This document shows positions 12,001 to 17,350 of a stretch of DNA of 20,000 nt, piece by piece (position 1 is the stretch's first letter; each line of letters starts with the position of its first letter). The notes beneath the pieces are model-generated. The model was not told the origin of the DNA, ran no database searches, and was given only the letters and a program-made list of their open reading frames with translations. The stretch is taken from IMG/VR virus record IMGVR_UViG_3300029297_000290. One strand, given 5' to 3'. The translations under genes were made by a program, and so were the position numbers. The stretch is from an uncultured virus (IMG/VR IMGVR_UViG_3300029297_000290) (taxonomy: Duplodnaviria > Heunggongvirae > Uroviricota > Caudoviricetes).

Positions 12001-12909
12001 TACAACGGCAAGGCATTCTATACGGCGGGTGGAACCATCCGCTCCGACGGCAAGCTGCAATGCGGTGCAAACTCCGAGTTCTCCGTCGACAAGGACGGCA
12101 ACCTCTCCTCCACAAAGCTCGCCGTGAGGACAAACACCGGAACAGGCGACGGCATATCCCTATACAACGGTGTCAACAATATCCAGTCGTATGGCATACT
12201 CTTCGGAAAGACCGCGACATTCGGCACTCATGGAGGAATAACCGGAGATTGGGCGACATACTTCACAATGGACGGGGGAACCAATGCGGCAAAACGCGGT
12301 TGGATTTTCCGACATAAGACCGGTGGCAACGTGGCTTCAATTTCACACACGGGCGACGGAAGGTTCTTCGGAAAAGTTTTTGCCTCATTTATGCAGGTCG
12401 GTAGTGGTGGAGGAATCACCCAATATCCCGACGACAAGACAGGCTCGACATATTGGTACGGACTCACCTTCGCCGCCGACAACTACGTTCACCTCAACGG
12501 CTACAAGGGCATCAAGTTCCGCACCGCGTCAATCACTGCCGAGATCACACAATCGGGTGGGTTCGTCTGCTCCGGAGGCGTAACCTGTCTTTCCGACATG
12601 CGCCACAAGACCGTCGTGAGCCAGCTCTCCCTCCGATTGGATGACATCGCAAAGGCGCCCTCATTCCGTCATGTATGGAACGACCGCCCCGACAGGGGCA
12701 TCCACGTCGGCTCTTCCGCGCAGTATTGGCAGCGCATACTCCCGCAGGTCGTGGAGGGTGGCGACTCCCTCTCCCTCGACTACGGCAAGGCGGCTCTCCT
12801 GTCCGTGATATCCGTGGCCAAGGAAACTCTTGACCTCAAAGGCAGGGTCGCTGCCCTTGAAAGGGAAAACAGAAAACTGAAGGAATTAATTTCCACAGGC
12901 AATCTTTGA
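1..12909 (+). CDS. Giant phage tail / host-specificity (tail fibre) protein with collagen-like repeats and C-terminal peptidase S74 chaperone; 5'-truncated by the window
   Basis: The ORF track gives 97..12909 (4270 aa), but the same frame has no stop from base 1 (VLSISFSQAKTTAPNRIYVYGSSRNLPSNYRK...), so GTG at 97 is probably internal. It contains Gly-X-Y runs, tail-fibre motifs (NLNAD.LDG, TARTLWG.SF.GTANV, GNVGIG), SDMRHK and a terminal coiled coil. Stop is TGA at 12907-12909. Confidence 0.93.
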   Translation, partial: VLSISFSQAKTTAPNRIYVYGSSRNLPSNYRKVDGNDTIGGVVVKRLMLPEGTPYLQTSENIPEAQIVEQVVVLDDVYPKTDLTISEEPETYTSKAENSEGENVSQIFYRIKYGNDFPFLSSYILPNEELHIIFQSGLLNGMDFGIKFNPKGLNEKNTDGSINSDAQMFEIVANEDYGRILPDDILKPKQGDKFIITGWDSTKMADLGLIATAEQQLLEEGQKALVEYAKDLSSCTCPMAWDFMKNLLSNEDQPIPGDEVMIIDTVHFGTGGRKSRILGYEYRLDIPYANWTYNCGENISVSRLKSIENKIEGLTKTGTKVQMQNSLDFLSKRYSDRTAYLLTSDEGFQVGDFFAAVSGAMLGKEKETGQTYLEVDKIYARVRAYFEELTVVEANTLAGKQYITPGGSVKCSFVREVRNEDGVLVGWRCYFISDQDGEKTETKINVGDQAISEMFNAKEGVANKVSNHRWWRLVTAVSQDGHEESGNRYGYIEVSAFDCEEGSDVPVAGDVIAQFGNRTDHDRQAAMIFSTVDSDAPSIKLLSGIDSYSIAGKDVISYGYDPVKGNAYFNCYGDMYVGDPDGSTFIRYNRASRSMDARLRLSIASTIDDKLIADYVKDEADKANAALKDKVNELQNQIDGVIETWNEDTDPTKTNYPASDWNTDEERMKHAGDVYFNIGAYDPVNNPNAGHAWRWYYKSPTDYGWIEIADSDAVRALELAHMSVMDTDVLFIQTDSQTNTPTLPTVNASGVITDPKGWTTDAPQWVDGKYIWQTTYVRKGDGKSSFSDPTCISGRNGKDGPQGVPGETGADGKTYYTWIRYADDEHGNGISNNPTGKDYIGFAYNKETAIESNNPTDYTWSKIKGEQGAQGLRGLQGEQGEQGIPGQKGADGKTSYFHIKYSAVPNPTDASQMTETPSTYIGTYVDYTEADSSDPKKYTWSRFEGMQGADGSDGIPGTNGVDGKTSYLHIKYSNDGQTFTPAGGGLALGEQPGDWIGQYTDFNQKDSTNFSDYTWSKIKGEQGNQGVPGQKGADGKQYWTWIKYSDNANGTPMYDTPNTNTKYIGIAVNKETQAEGSDPKEYTWSLFRGDDGTSVAIDSQSVKYSTVHTSAQPADSTFTLTTVPTLSEGQFLWSMTTVEYNNGKSTKTYAVSKIGTSVKVKTTEVKYAKSSTSTQPADTAFTYNNIGDAGVKMGEYLWTRTTVTYTDNTSLKSYSVSRIGADGSDGIPGTPGADGRTPYVHYAYANSADGKTGFSTTYFANALYVGVCSDYNQADPTTYGSYEWARLKGDKGDKGEQGLRGLQGEKGEQGIAGAKGADGKTSYFHIKYAPVQNPTASQMTETPSTYIGTYVDYTAADSSDPSKYTWARFEGIQGADGSQGIPGKNGADGKTSYLHIKYSNDGKTFTPAQGNLAIGETPGDWIGQYTDFTQADSTDFSKYTWSKIKGDDGSNAKSVTVNGEQTFSYTNNFTSAATPTSITLSATLQNTTGYQWSYKRSNQSSFTNISGATAATLAVAANNTTYFPSGIHACTFRCTSGSVYDEMTLVKVSSGATGAKGDTGAKGADGYTVILSNESHIFKGDTEKAVEASTSSEVIAYKGSTRVAATIGTATGLPTGMTITVANNGTTTAKFTAKVTTALTTKSGVVSIPVTVDGKSFTRTFSWTLSLDGIGITETAEYYAISNSSATAPADSAFSTTVPTTTTAKPYLWNYEKTTYSNGVFKSTSKRVIGVHGQNGTDGAGISKVENYYLASASASGVTTSTSGWTTDAASTNATISDTKPYLWNYEKITYTKGNPTTTSPHIIGKYGKDGNGIDRIEEEYYLSTSRTALQGGSWSTTRPTWKAGHYYWTRTHIYYDNGDSEVTDGICVTGEMGTSVLAQYSANGSSWHSSYTSGDQWMRTSDDNGATWSAAVKITASNFTNNLLLQTENPNTRINYQKKYPIAPGSLLAVGIGKKVTISFDYEYSNVSTVAAGDTTSNKFKYRFGGEVALKKPDGTNDYSFYYWHTLPQGKTGLSGKGTFKKAMTIPSIASDSAKTMYLLAQVLGGTVKLSNFKMEYGENSDPVWNPNTSEMTGKWRKFQWAKVASATTPPTSGWQDTPLTAPAGEYVWMRSGMVVPPATEPTAWETAIRVTGDKGTDGQSIYSLDLSNEVSGIICNSSGAVTGSYPTCKATVWKGAGKVTAGVTYSIASRTGISNASIDSSGNVTMSGMTADKAEIVVQAVVNGVTLQATITLYKVKPGANGTAAVMYSIEPSVDNITRSMTGGLSISSVTCDVYKTTGNTARVKDSAKSLYYQRIPDITTWTKLTLTNGVSAAVGVLSTTEAVIFELRDGSTVLDRERVPVLSDAGDLDIGGRNLLLKTGVEHSNTEYQTARYFLATVPTVGDTYTFTLWGTLASNKTEFGIWNSGGMVKLSSLKNVAKGVYQATFKWTNGSGSNLVANPTYISIYAVPSSASGTSTIKHVKLEKGNVSTEWSPAPEDFDYITEAIKGNTVVNGGLVLSSLIKLGSWTGSGNDATMSKVWAGMNGVYGNGKSIASWWGGDMVDKFYTDAGAARPTALTSGFAAGVVRMDGTGYLAKGNIKWDSDGSADFAGGKLHIDSNGNLTLGAGVAIGGNQTLAGVTNFIAGISNLLVAEDANGKVVSWSDANLTTKAVRIKAAKSFYSTGGVSALGNGNVSGSGGGGSYGLMKAWPSADPGTNTTDALAANLGYDLHTRVKSLEGGSALSVTTTGSGNAVTAIAKNGTAITVTKGATFLTSHQSLDHINSLGRLTAQSGTTKGTPGLRMYEVYNNGYPVTYGNLIKVQGGVSNGGGELLLGWMTTNTDTGRVLYRSQRDGTANSWTPWKTVAWTSDIPTSMAWTAITSKPTTLSGYGITDGITAATAASTYVKKAGDTMTGALQINIDNAVKHLGFGRAGYNYIAATAAGGTLGFVTNGKAAGTAANCDLIIQANKLNPGTTNLVDLGESGHRWKNVYSVLGNFSGQITSSVATGTKPFNVTSTTLCDNLNADRLDNYHKESFESYCKTTIDATALDANTWYPVTMAIGNSLQTRIRIEGSNDAPGAWNTRTDKRMALMLDYTVNGSSYGWTSAQRVVHKFITGAGATGNPVCGLGQLTNSSTEYIYVRGGAKYNFYTSRFIIPTLRTASYTVSSQSIAPTTTQPALITRNDALTTDNVASATKLVTARTLWGQSFNGTANVSGDITGTGNIIPTTTHASTIGTSTKVYERAYLRYIDTDSGYNLRICVAGTEKISVHTNGNVGIGQTAPAYNLDVTGTLRTTGQATLASVRIGDCTITWDSASKALKFNTGIYSTGGVSALGNGNVSGSGSGSSYSRLDGWTDYTADKSLHVLSAKLGYDLYTNKADKTLLASYIKTDGTNGTAPGVTALINKLTEGDSNVTDSTLFVTSHASTPAGNNYYRRKATFVWNYIKGKTDALYLKLSGGSMANTNLVTNLNADLLDGLHASRFTRVCSGRTLETGTKYILLGTLPTSSNSTFDSLHITGDIGGFGGTEKAVIDIYAGRRNGVGIRGFVTNQSSATWDIGVNAAGQVYLILKGQYVTYNLNLFALQATIDWTGNTSTPTDTTFTLLSASTRISRFVDATFKGTADVASKLGSATVGSGVKPIYLSLGTATASSSTVGAANRPVYMNAGTITAGTYTFGNANGNAPISNGTVNTNLNADMLDGVHNGSLTAKYITAITFDNASDIPSNAFMWQANGNVTDVTTMAYKSGISIGNGMARAWQIFSGRGNNHVYYRNAKEDMSGWNDDIKTIAFTTDNVASASKLQTARTLWGKSFDGTANVTGNLTSVGNITGSAAMTIKANGALTLHSTANIALKANDDDTKSVILNASAFKPYDAATTKLTLGSATARWATLYATGGNFTAPLTINYTTETGINLYRREAGGGAFIRFYNANQTTNFYRIGMYGDGKYGIGYNGTDAITILTGGNVGIGQSAPTTKLDVNGAIHANGWIGTTGNVGWKSDTHGGGIYMADATWVRTYNGKAFYTAGGTIRSDGKLQCGANSEFSVDKDGNLSSTKLAVRTNTGTGDGISLYNGVNNIQSYGILFGKTATFGTHGGITGDWATYFTMDGGTNAAKRGWIFRHKTGGNVASISHTGDGRFFGKVFASFMQVGSGGGITQYPDDKTGSTYWYGLTFAADNYVHLNGYKGIKFRTASITAEITQSGGFVCSGGVTCLSDMRHKTVVSQLSLRLDDIAKAPSFRHVWNDRPDRGIHVGSSAQYWQRILPQVVEGGDSLSLDYGKAALLSVISVAKETLDLKGRVAALERENRKLKELISTGNL
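2380..4340 (+). repeat. Collagen-like Gly-X-Y linkers alternating with seven 'G(K/R)xxY.(H/W)..Y ... (Y/W)(I/V)G ... Y.W...G' repeat domains
   Basis: Units start near 2434, 2674, 2887, 3103, 3703, 3955 and 4165. A ~155-aa block (about 2590-3060) is paralogous to about 3880-4340. Confidence 0.9.
2567..3068 (+). repeat. Perfect 37-bp direct repeat (2567-2603 and 3032-3068), 465 bp apart, in frame
   Basis: CCGACTACACATGGAGCAAGATTAAGGGTGAACAGGG is read at both positions. Confidence 0.95.
5764..6215 (+). other. Low-GC putative carbohydrate-binding-like domain 1 within the tail protein
   Basis: Bounded by NNLL and KLSNFKMEYGENSDPVWNP, a variant of the 'NLL...KLE.G...T.W.P' frame of phage-tail CBM-like domains. 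Hand-counted G+C is 17/60 at 5761-5820 versus 35/60 at 5701-5760. Confidence 0.6.
7060..7443 (+). other. Low-GC putative carbohydrate-binding-like domain 2 within the tail protein
   Basis: GGRNLLLKT...KHVKLEKGNVSTEWSPAPED is a frame typical of siphophage tail CBM-like domains. G+C is 20/60 at 7201-7260 versus 38/60 at 6961-7020. Confidence 0.7.
7999..9983 (+). repeat. Perfect 44-bp direct repeat (7999-8042 and 9940-9983), 1941 bp apart, in frame
   Basis: GGAGGCGTCTCCGCCCTCGGCAACGGCAATGTGTCGGGCAGCGG is read at both positions and encodes GGVSALGNGNVSGSG. Confidence 0.95.
12592..12906 (+). other. Peptidase S74 intramolecular chaperone / autocleavage domain of the tail fibre
   Basis: S-D-x-R-x-K motif (SDMRHK, Ser codon at 12592), followed by G..AQ, LSLDY and the coiled coil LKGRVAALERENRKLKELI. 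Confidence 0.85.
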
Positions 12910-12962
12910 CATCCAGAGATTCCTGAAATATATCAAAAAAATGTTTTAAACTCTTTTTAATT

Positions 12963-13292
12963 ATGAATGACAAATTGACATTGAAAGGGATCAACAGTGC
13001 CAACCTGACTGTTGACAACTCCAACGACCCGGCAAGGGCGTATGACATCACGGGCAATGTAGACGTGACAGGAAACTCAGCGGGCAACATCGTCGGCTCC
13101 GTGGCAGCGGAAGGCGTGAACCTCGCATCATTCAGCGGATATGACGCGGGGAACCTTTCCAAGAACCTCTCCATCAACTTCCAGAACGTGGAGAACGACA
13201 CTCAGCCTGAAATCCTATCCGCGGTCATCGCGTTCGTCAACAACGTGAGCGAGTCCGTCAAGGGCGGCTCAATCAATACGGCATCATTATAA
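12963..13292 (+). CDS. Hypothetical phage protein (109 aa), tail-fibre associated
   Basis: ATG follows an AT-rich leader. The gene is co-oriented, directly follows the fibre gene and has similar codon style. No family recognised. Confidence 0.75.
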   Translation: MNDKLTLKGINSANLTVDNSNDPARAYDITGNVDVTGNSAGNIVGSVAAEGVNLASFSGYDAGNLSKNLSINFQNVENDTQPEILSAVIAFVNNVSESVKGGSINTASL

Positions 13293-13319
13293 CAATATCC
13301 TAAAAAACATCATCAGACA

Positions 13320-13823
13320 ATGAAAGCGACCTACAACGAGATCTTCATCAGCAATCAGATCCTCTCCAACATCCCAACCGTGATGGAAGGGCGAAAGATG
13401 CCCGCATCCACCGTCACCACAATCCTGCTGCACCGTCTCGCGCATCAGCGCAAGATGGAGGAATACGAGGAGGCATGCAGGAAAGCCCTCGATGAGCTCA
13501 AGAAAGACGAGAAGTACAGTGACTTCGACTCCAGGATACAGGCGCATGAGGAAGCCAAATCCAAGGGCAACGAATATGACAAAGAGTTCGACAAGATTGT
13601 GGACGGGCTCACCGAGGCATATTCCGATGTGCGCCGCAAGCAGGCGCAAGTCACAACGGAAGTCGAGATCCAGCCCATGACGCGCAAGGAGCTTGACGAC
13701 ATCGTGGACGTCGTCGGCACGGAGGGCACTATCACAATATCCCATGCCGCTGGCTGCTTCGAGCAGGAGCGCATCCAGTTCCTCGGCATGCTCACAAACT
13801 ATTTCACCAATCAGCAGAGATGA
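13320..13823 (+). CDS. Hypothetical phage protein (167 aa), charged and probably helical; possible tail-fibre assembly factor
   Basis: AT-rich leader and ATGA overlap with the next ORF at 13820-13823. Function is inferred from position only. Confidence 0.75.
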   Translation: MKATYNEIFISNQILSNIPTVMEGRKMPASTVTTILLHRLAHQRKMEEYEEACRKALDELKKDEKYSDFDSRIQAHEEAKSKGNEYDKEFDKIVDGLTEAYSDVRRKQAQVTTEVEIQPMTRKELDDIVDVVGTEGTITISHAAGCFEQERIQFLGMLTNYFTNQQR

Positions 13824-15319
13824 GCGTGAGCAACGGACTGGTCTCCGCCCCCATCACGATCGCGGAGATGTATTCCCTCTTAGGTCTGGGCACCGCGCAG
13901 AGCGACGGTGCCTATGACCTTGCATATCTGTGCGGCAACTCCCACGGCAAGATCTGCAAATGGAGCCGGTGCAAGCCCGTCAGGGGCACCAACCCGTTCG
14001 GCACGGACTTCGACCCCGGCACCGGCACAACGCCCGGCAATGCCACCGACAAGACGGGCATCTATGCCGGCAATCGTGGGCAGGCGGCAGGCAAGCCGAT
14101 ATACTGGGGAATGGAATACCCCATGAACACCGCCGAGCAGAACTACTGCAGGAAAGCGACGGGAAACCTGATACAGCTGTGCTATGATGTGGTCGCCATG
14201 AGCGGCGGCAATCATTCCAACTTCATATATCGTCCGCCTGTCGCCGGCACTGACTACAGCCGTCTCGCCGATTTCGACGGATACCGCCACAACAACGCTC
14301 AGTTCCTTGACGCGGGTGTGGCGGGCGCCGCCGCGGGCATCAACGCGAAGCCGGCAACAATGTCAGTCAACAGATATGACGACGTCAACGTGCCGTTCTA
14401 CGCCCTAATCCCGGCTGACTCCGTCGGGTGGATGTTCAGATATCTAATCCCCGAGCCCAACGAGTATTACTTCGTCGTGGAGCTGTATAAGACCGCCGAC
14501 TATGAATCCGTCACCGGGGGCGACTTCTCGACCAAGGTGCCATTCGCGGTCTTCGCGCCGAAGACCACCCTGTATGCCACCACGGGTATGGGGCTGCGCA
14601 TCGAGGTGCCGCTCTCCGTCATTGAGACACTGGGCGGACTGACTGCCAACAACTACAACTTCATCGCCTGCGTGGGGTTCAACCGCGTGAAGTCCTCGGC
14701 GACAAAGACCGACAAGGGTAGCTACTATCAGATTACCCCTGCCAACGCCTACGCGGCGGCAAACGGCGCGGCGTTCATCGCCCCCTACAGCCTCTCCGCC
14801 CAGAGATGCGTCACGAAGATAACCGTCACGAAAGCTTCCCCATACATCGCCAACATGCTCCAATACGCGCTCACCACGTCTACCGCCTACGCCAACTTCC
14901 CCTCTGCCGAGACGAGGATATCCTCGGATTCGCTGCGCTTCAAGGTGAGGTTTGACAACAACGCCAACAGCACGGCTTATCTCGACAGCCAGATGCAGAA
15001 GGCATCCGGACACATAATATTGCGTGCGACTGCCTATGGCTCATTCGACCGGATCCCGCAGAACATGGGATACATATCTGAAGATGACTACTCGAGGTCT
15101 AAGCCCATACCCCTGAAAATATCCGACCAGCCCGCGGCAAGTCCCGAAAAAAACAGTTGGTCGATGGCGGCGAAGTCAAAGACGACACTCTACGCACAGG
15201 CAAATGCATTGATTCCATACGGCACGACGTCATCAATAGTAATAGAGGTCTCAAATGACGGGGGAAAGACCTGGAACACCACCGGCACTGTGACCGCTTA
15301 TTTCAGAAGGGTATACTGA
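13820..15319 (+). CDS. Hypothetical Bacteroidetes phage structural protein (499 aa), possible accessory adhesin
   Basis: Long ORF overlapping the upstream stop (ATGA). The N-terminal 'G...AP.......LG...DLAYLC.N.HGKI.KW...KPV' and 'RLADFDGY.H' motifs resemble, from memory, proteins found after tail genes in Bacteroidales phages. Confidence 0.8.
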   Translation: MSVSNGLVSAPITIAEMYSLLGLGTAQSDGAYDLAYLCGNSHGKICKWSRCKPVRGTNPFGTDFDPGTGTTPGNATDKTGIYAGNRGQAAGKPIYWGMEYPMNTAEQNYCRKATGNLIQLCYDVVAMSGGNHSNFIYRPPVAGTDYSRLADFDGYRHNNAQFLDAGVAGAAAGINAKPATMSVNRYDDVNVPFYALIPADSVGWMFRYLIPEPNEYYFVVELYKTADYESVTGGDFSTKVPFAVFAPKTTLYATTGMGLRIEVPLSVIETLGGLTANNYNFIACVGFNRVKSSATKTDKGSYYQITPANAYAAANGAAFIAPYSLSAQRCVTKITVTKASPYIANMLQYALTTSTAYANFPSAETRISSDSLRFKVRFDNNANSTAYLDSQMQKASGHIILRATAYGSFDRIPQNMGYISEDDYSRSKPIPLKISDQPAASPEKNSWSMAAKSKTTLYAQANALIPYGTTSSIVIEVSNDGGKTWNTTGTVTAYFRRVY

Positions 15320-15392
15320 TGCGCATGCCTCTCATTTGCGAGGAGAGGGCGACGGTATAGATAGAAATTTTACCAAAAAAACTGAAACGAAA

Positions 15393-15845
15393 ATGAATGA
15401 GGAAATTTTATTTGGAATCCAGGATCTGATCCGGGTTACGCTCGCTGATTTCGTGAGCGTCATGGGATGGTGGGCGATGTTTGCGATTGCCCTTATTATG
15501 GCAGACCTCCGTTTCGGGATCCTTGCGGCAAGGAAACGCGGGGAGCAGATTCGTGGCAGCCGTATGCGCCGCAGGACAATGAACAAGATGCTTGACTATG
15601 TGACATGGATTTTCGTGGCATACATCTGCCGTCACTCTTTCGGTGTGGTGTTGGGTGTCCCGCTGGTGTCGATAGCGATTGTGATCTATGTCTATGCCAA
15701 TGAGTTGAGCAGCGTGATCAACAATTATGCGGAGTATCGCGGCTATGGAAAAATCCTGAATCTTTGGAAGCTGATTATCGGTCGGCACGACATAGGCAAA
15801 TGCCTGGAGGATGTGTCGGCTAAGAAAACGGAAGAGGATGGCTAA
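15393..15845 (+). CDS. Phage holin (Phage_holin_4-like), about 150 aa
   Basis: Hydrophobic segments, 'D..FG..AA...GE.I..S...RRT.NK..DY' and 'E..S...N' motifs, a charged C-tail, and position upstream of the endolysin. The ATG at 15393 after an A-rich leader is preferred to the ORF-track start at 15336. Confidence 0.88.
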   Translation: MNEEILFGIQDLIRVTLADFVSVMGWWAMFAIALIMADLRFGILAARKRGEQIRGSRMRRRTMNKMLDYVTWIFVAYICRHSFGVVLGVPLVSIAIVIYVYANELSSVINNYAEYRGYGKILNLWKLIIGRHDIGKCLEDVSAKKTEEDG

Positions 15846-15879
15846 ATCTGATATTGAGGAATTATGGATACGACACCAT

Positions 15880-15909
15880 CTGAATATTTAATCACTGAAT
15901 ATTTAATCA
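15880..15909. repeat. Perfect tandem 15-bp repeat CTGAATATTTAATCA x2
   Basis: Read at 15880-15894 and 15895-15909, 15 bp upstream of the endolysin ATG. Confidence 0.9.
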
Positions 15910-15924
15910 AAAAACTTTTGGATA

Positions 15925-16548
15925 ATGATAATCTTAGTAGACAACGGTCACGGATTCGACACGAAGGGTAAGTGTTCGCCGGACGGGAAGTATCAGGAAT
16001 GGGCATGGAGCCGCGAATTGGCAGACATCATCGTGCGCGAGCTTACACGGTTGGGTTATGACGCACGTCTGCTTGTGCCGGAGCGTGACGACATCCCAAT
16101 CAACAAAGGCACAGACAGCCGCGTGAAGCGCGTCAACACGATATGCGACCTATACGGCAAGGAGGATGTGATGCTCGTGTCAATCCACAGCAATGCCAAC
16201 TCTTGCGACGGCAAGTGGCATGACGGCGAGTGGTCCGGATTCGTCGCCGAGGTGGCACTCAACGCCTCGCAGAAATCAAAGAGGCTTGCCGATGCCATCT
16301 GGGCAAGGGCCATAGAAGCCGGGCTCAGGGGAAACCGGGCCGTGGTCGACAAGCCGGGGAAGCGATTCATTCAGCAGGACCTCGCCATCTGTCGCGACAC
16401 GAAATGTCCCGCAGTGTTGACCGAGAGCGCTTTCCATGACACTCGCGAAGGGGTGAGGCTCCTCACTGGAAGCAAGCAGCGCATAGCACTCGCTCACGTC
16501 AACGGAATCATTGATTACATCAACCATATAAATTCCCTTAAATCATGA
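15925..16548 (+). CDS. N-acetylmuramoyl-L-alanine amidase (Amidase_3), phage endolysin
   Basis: Zn-ligand and catalytic motifs DNGHG, E (YQEW), SIHSNA and PAVLTE. No signal peptide. Lies between the holin and the spanin-like gene. Confidence 0.93.
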   Translation: MIILVDNGHGFDTKGKCSPDGKYQEWAWSRELADIIVRELTRLGYDARLLVPERDDIPINKGTDSRVKRVNTICDLYGKEDVMLVSIHSNANSCDGKWHDGEWSGFVAEVALNASQKSKRLADAIWARAIEAGLRGNRAVVDKPGKRFIQQDLAICRDTKCPAVLTESAFHDTREGVRLLTGSKQRIALAHVNGIIDYINHINSLKS

Positions 16549-17093
16549 AGAATCTTCTTGGAATCATTGCAGTGGTTGTCCTCAGCATCATTGCCGGAGC
16601 CTACCTGCACAAGTGTCAGACCCCTCAACAGGCATATCCTCCCGGAACTGTCGGGGATGTGGTGATTGATACAGTGACATACATCGACACGGTGCCGTAT
16701 TCCCTCCCATCCCCACGACAGGAGCTCTCCCTCGGCACCCAGATCAGGCTTCTCCCCGTCTTCATCTCCAAAGACAGCACATCCGGATTTATTCCGGATT
16801 CATGCAAAATGGCCGAGGAAAATATTCCACCGGAGATTGACAGTGTGGCGGTGGAGATTCCGATAACGCAGAGGGAATATGAGGGTGATGATTATCACGC
16901 ATGGGTCAGCGGATATGCTCCCAGGCTTGACAGCATATCTGTATTCCCGAGAATCAGGACCGTGACAATCAGGCAGCCTCCCGGCAAACCAAAACGATGG
17001 CATATCGGACCGTCCATAGGTCTTGGCTGCACTCCCAAAGGGATTGCCCCATACATAGGTGTGAGTGTGACTTACTCCATAATCTCCTTTTAA
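16545..17093 (+). CDS. Membrane-anchored lysis-cassette protein, spanin candidate (182 aa)
   Basis: ATGA overlap with the amidase stop. N-terminal hydrophobic helix, DTV/DS repeats, 'Y.AWVSGY...LDSI' motif, and C-terminal amphipathic beta-strands ending in Phe. Confidence 0.75.
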   Translation: MKNLLGIIAVVVLSIIAGAYLHKCQTPQQAYPPGTVGDVVIDTVTYIDTVPYSLPSPRQELSLGTQIRLLPVFISKDSTSGFIPDSCKMAEENIPPEIDSVAVEIPITQREYEGDDYHAWVSGYAPRLDSISVFPRIRTVTIRQPPGKPKRWHIGPSIGLGCTPKGIAPYIGVSVTYSIISF

Positions 17094-17350
17094 TATATAA
17101 ACAATAACCCTCACCATAAGCCGGGAAGACGTCTGCACAGCACAGCAGTTTTGATCCCGGTGAGAGCGCGAAGCGCGAAAAGAGCCGCGAATCTCACGAC
17201 CTAACCCACATCTGGGTCTCTCCACACGAAATCATCGACACGCGACTTCCTGAAGAGTGGGGCAGCATAGTGTACAACGTCCTCGCTGATTCGGATGGCG
17301 AAAAATGGATGGTTGGCAGTGTAATTTTCGGGAGGAAAAGAACTAAATAA

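Noticed and set aside
11952..12237. 13-bp repeat CACTCATGGAGGA (11952 and 12225)
   Set aside because: It is short, both copies encode THGG, and it is compatible with chance or local duplication.
11899..15319. Shufflon or invertible tail-fibre locus suggested by the PilV-like segment
   Set aside because: I saw no inverted repeat sites, no reverse-oriented alternative C-termini and no recombinase in the window.
15336..15392. Longer holin start at 15336 or a dual-start holin/antiholin
   Set aside because: The extension begins at TTG inside a hairpin and covers the A-rich leader. The ATG at 15393 is more plausible, and nothing supports a dual start.
145..17225. Many minus-strand and alternate-frame ORFs (e.g. 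6009-6806, 9343-10047, 10671-11255, 14444-15013)
   Set aside because: They lie on top of well-supported + strand genes, have no recognisable motifs, and are expected shadows of biased codon usage.
17222..17262. Hammerhead ribozyme core (CCACAC-GAAA ... CTGAAGA-GTGGGG)
   Set aside because: Core words and a partial stem II are present, but the 18 nt between them cannot form credible stems I and III.
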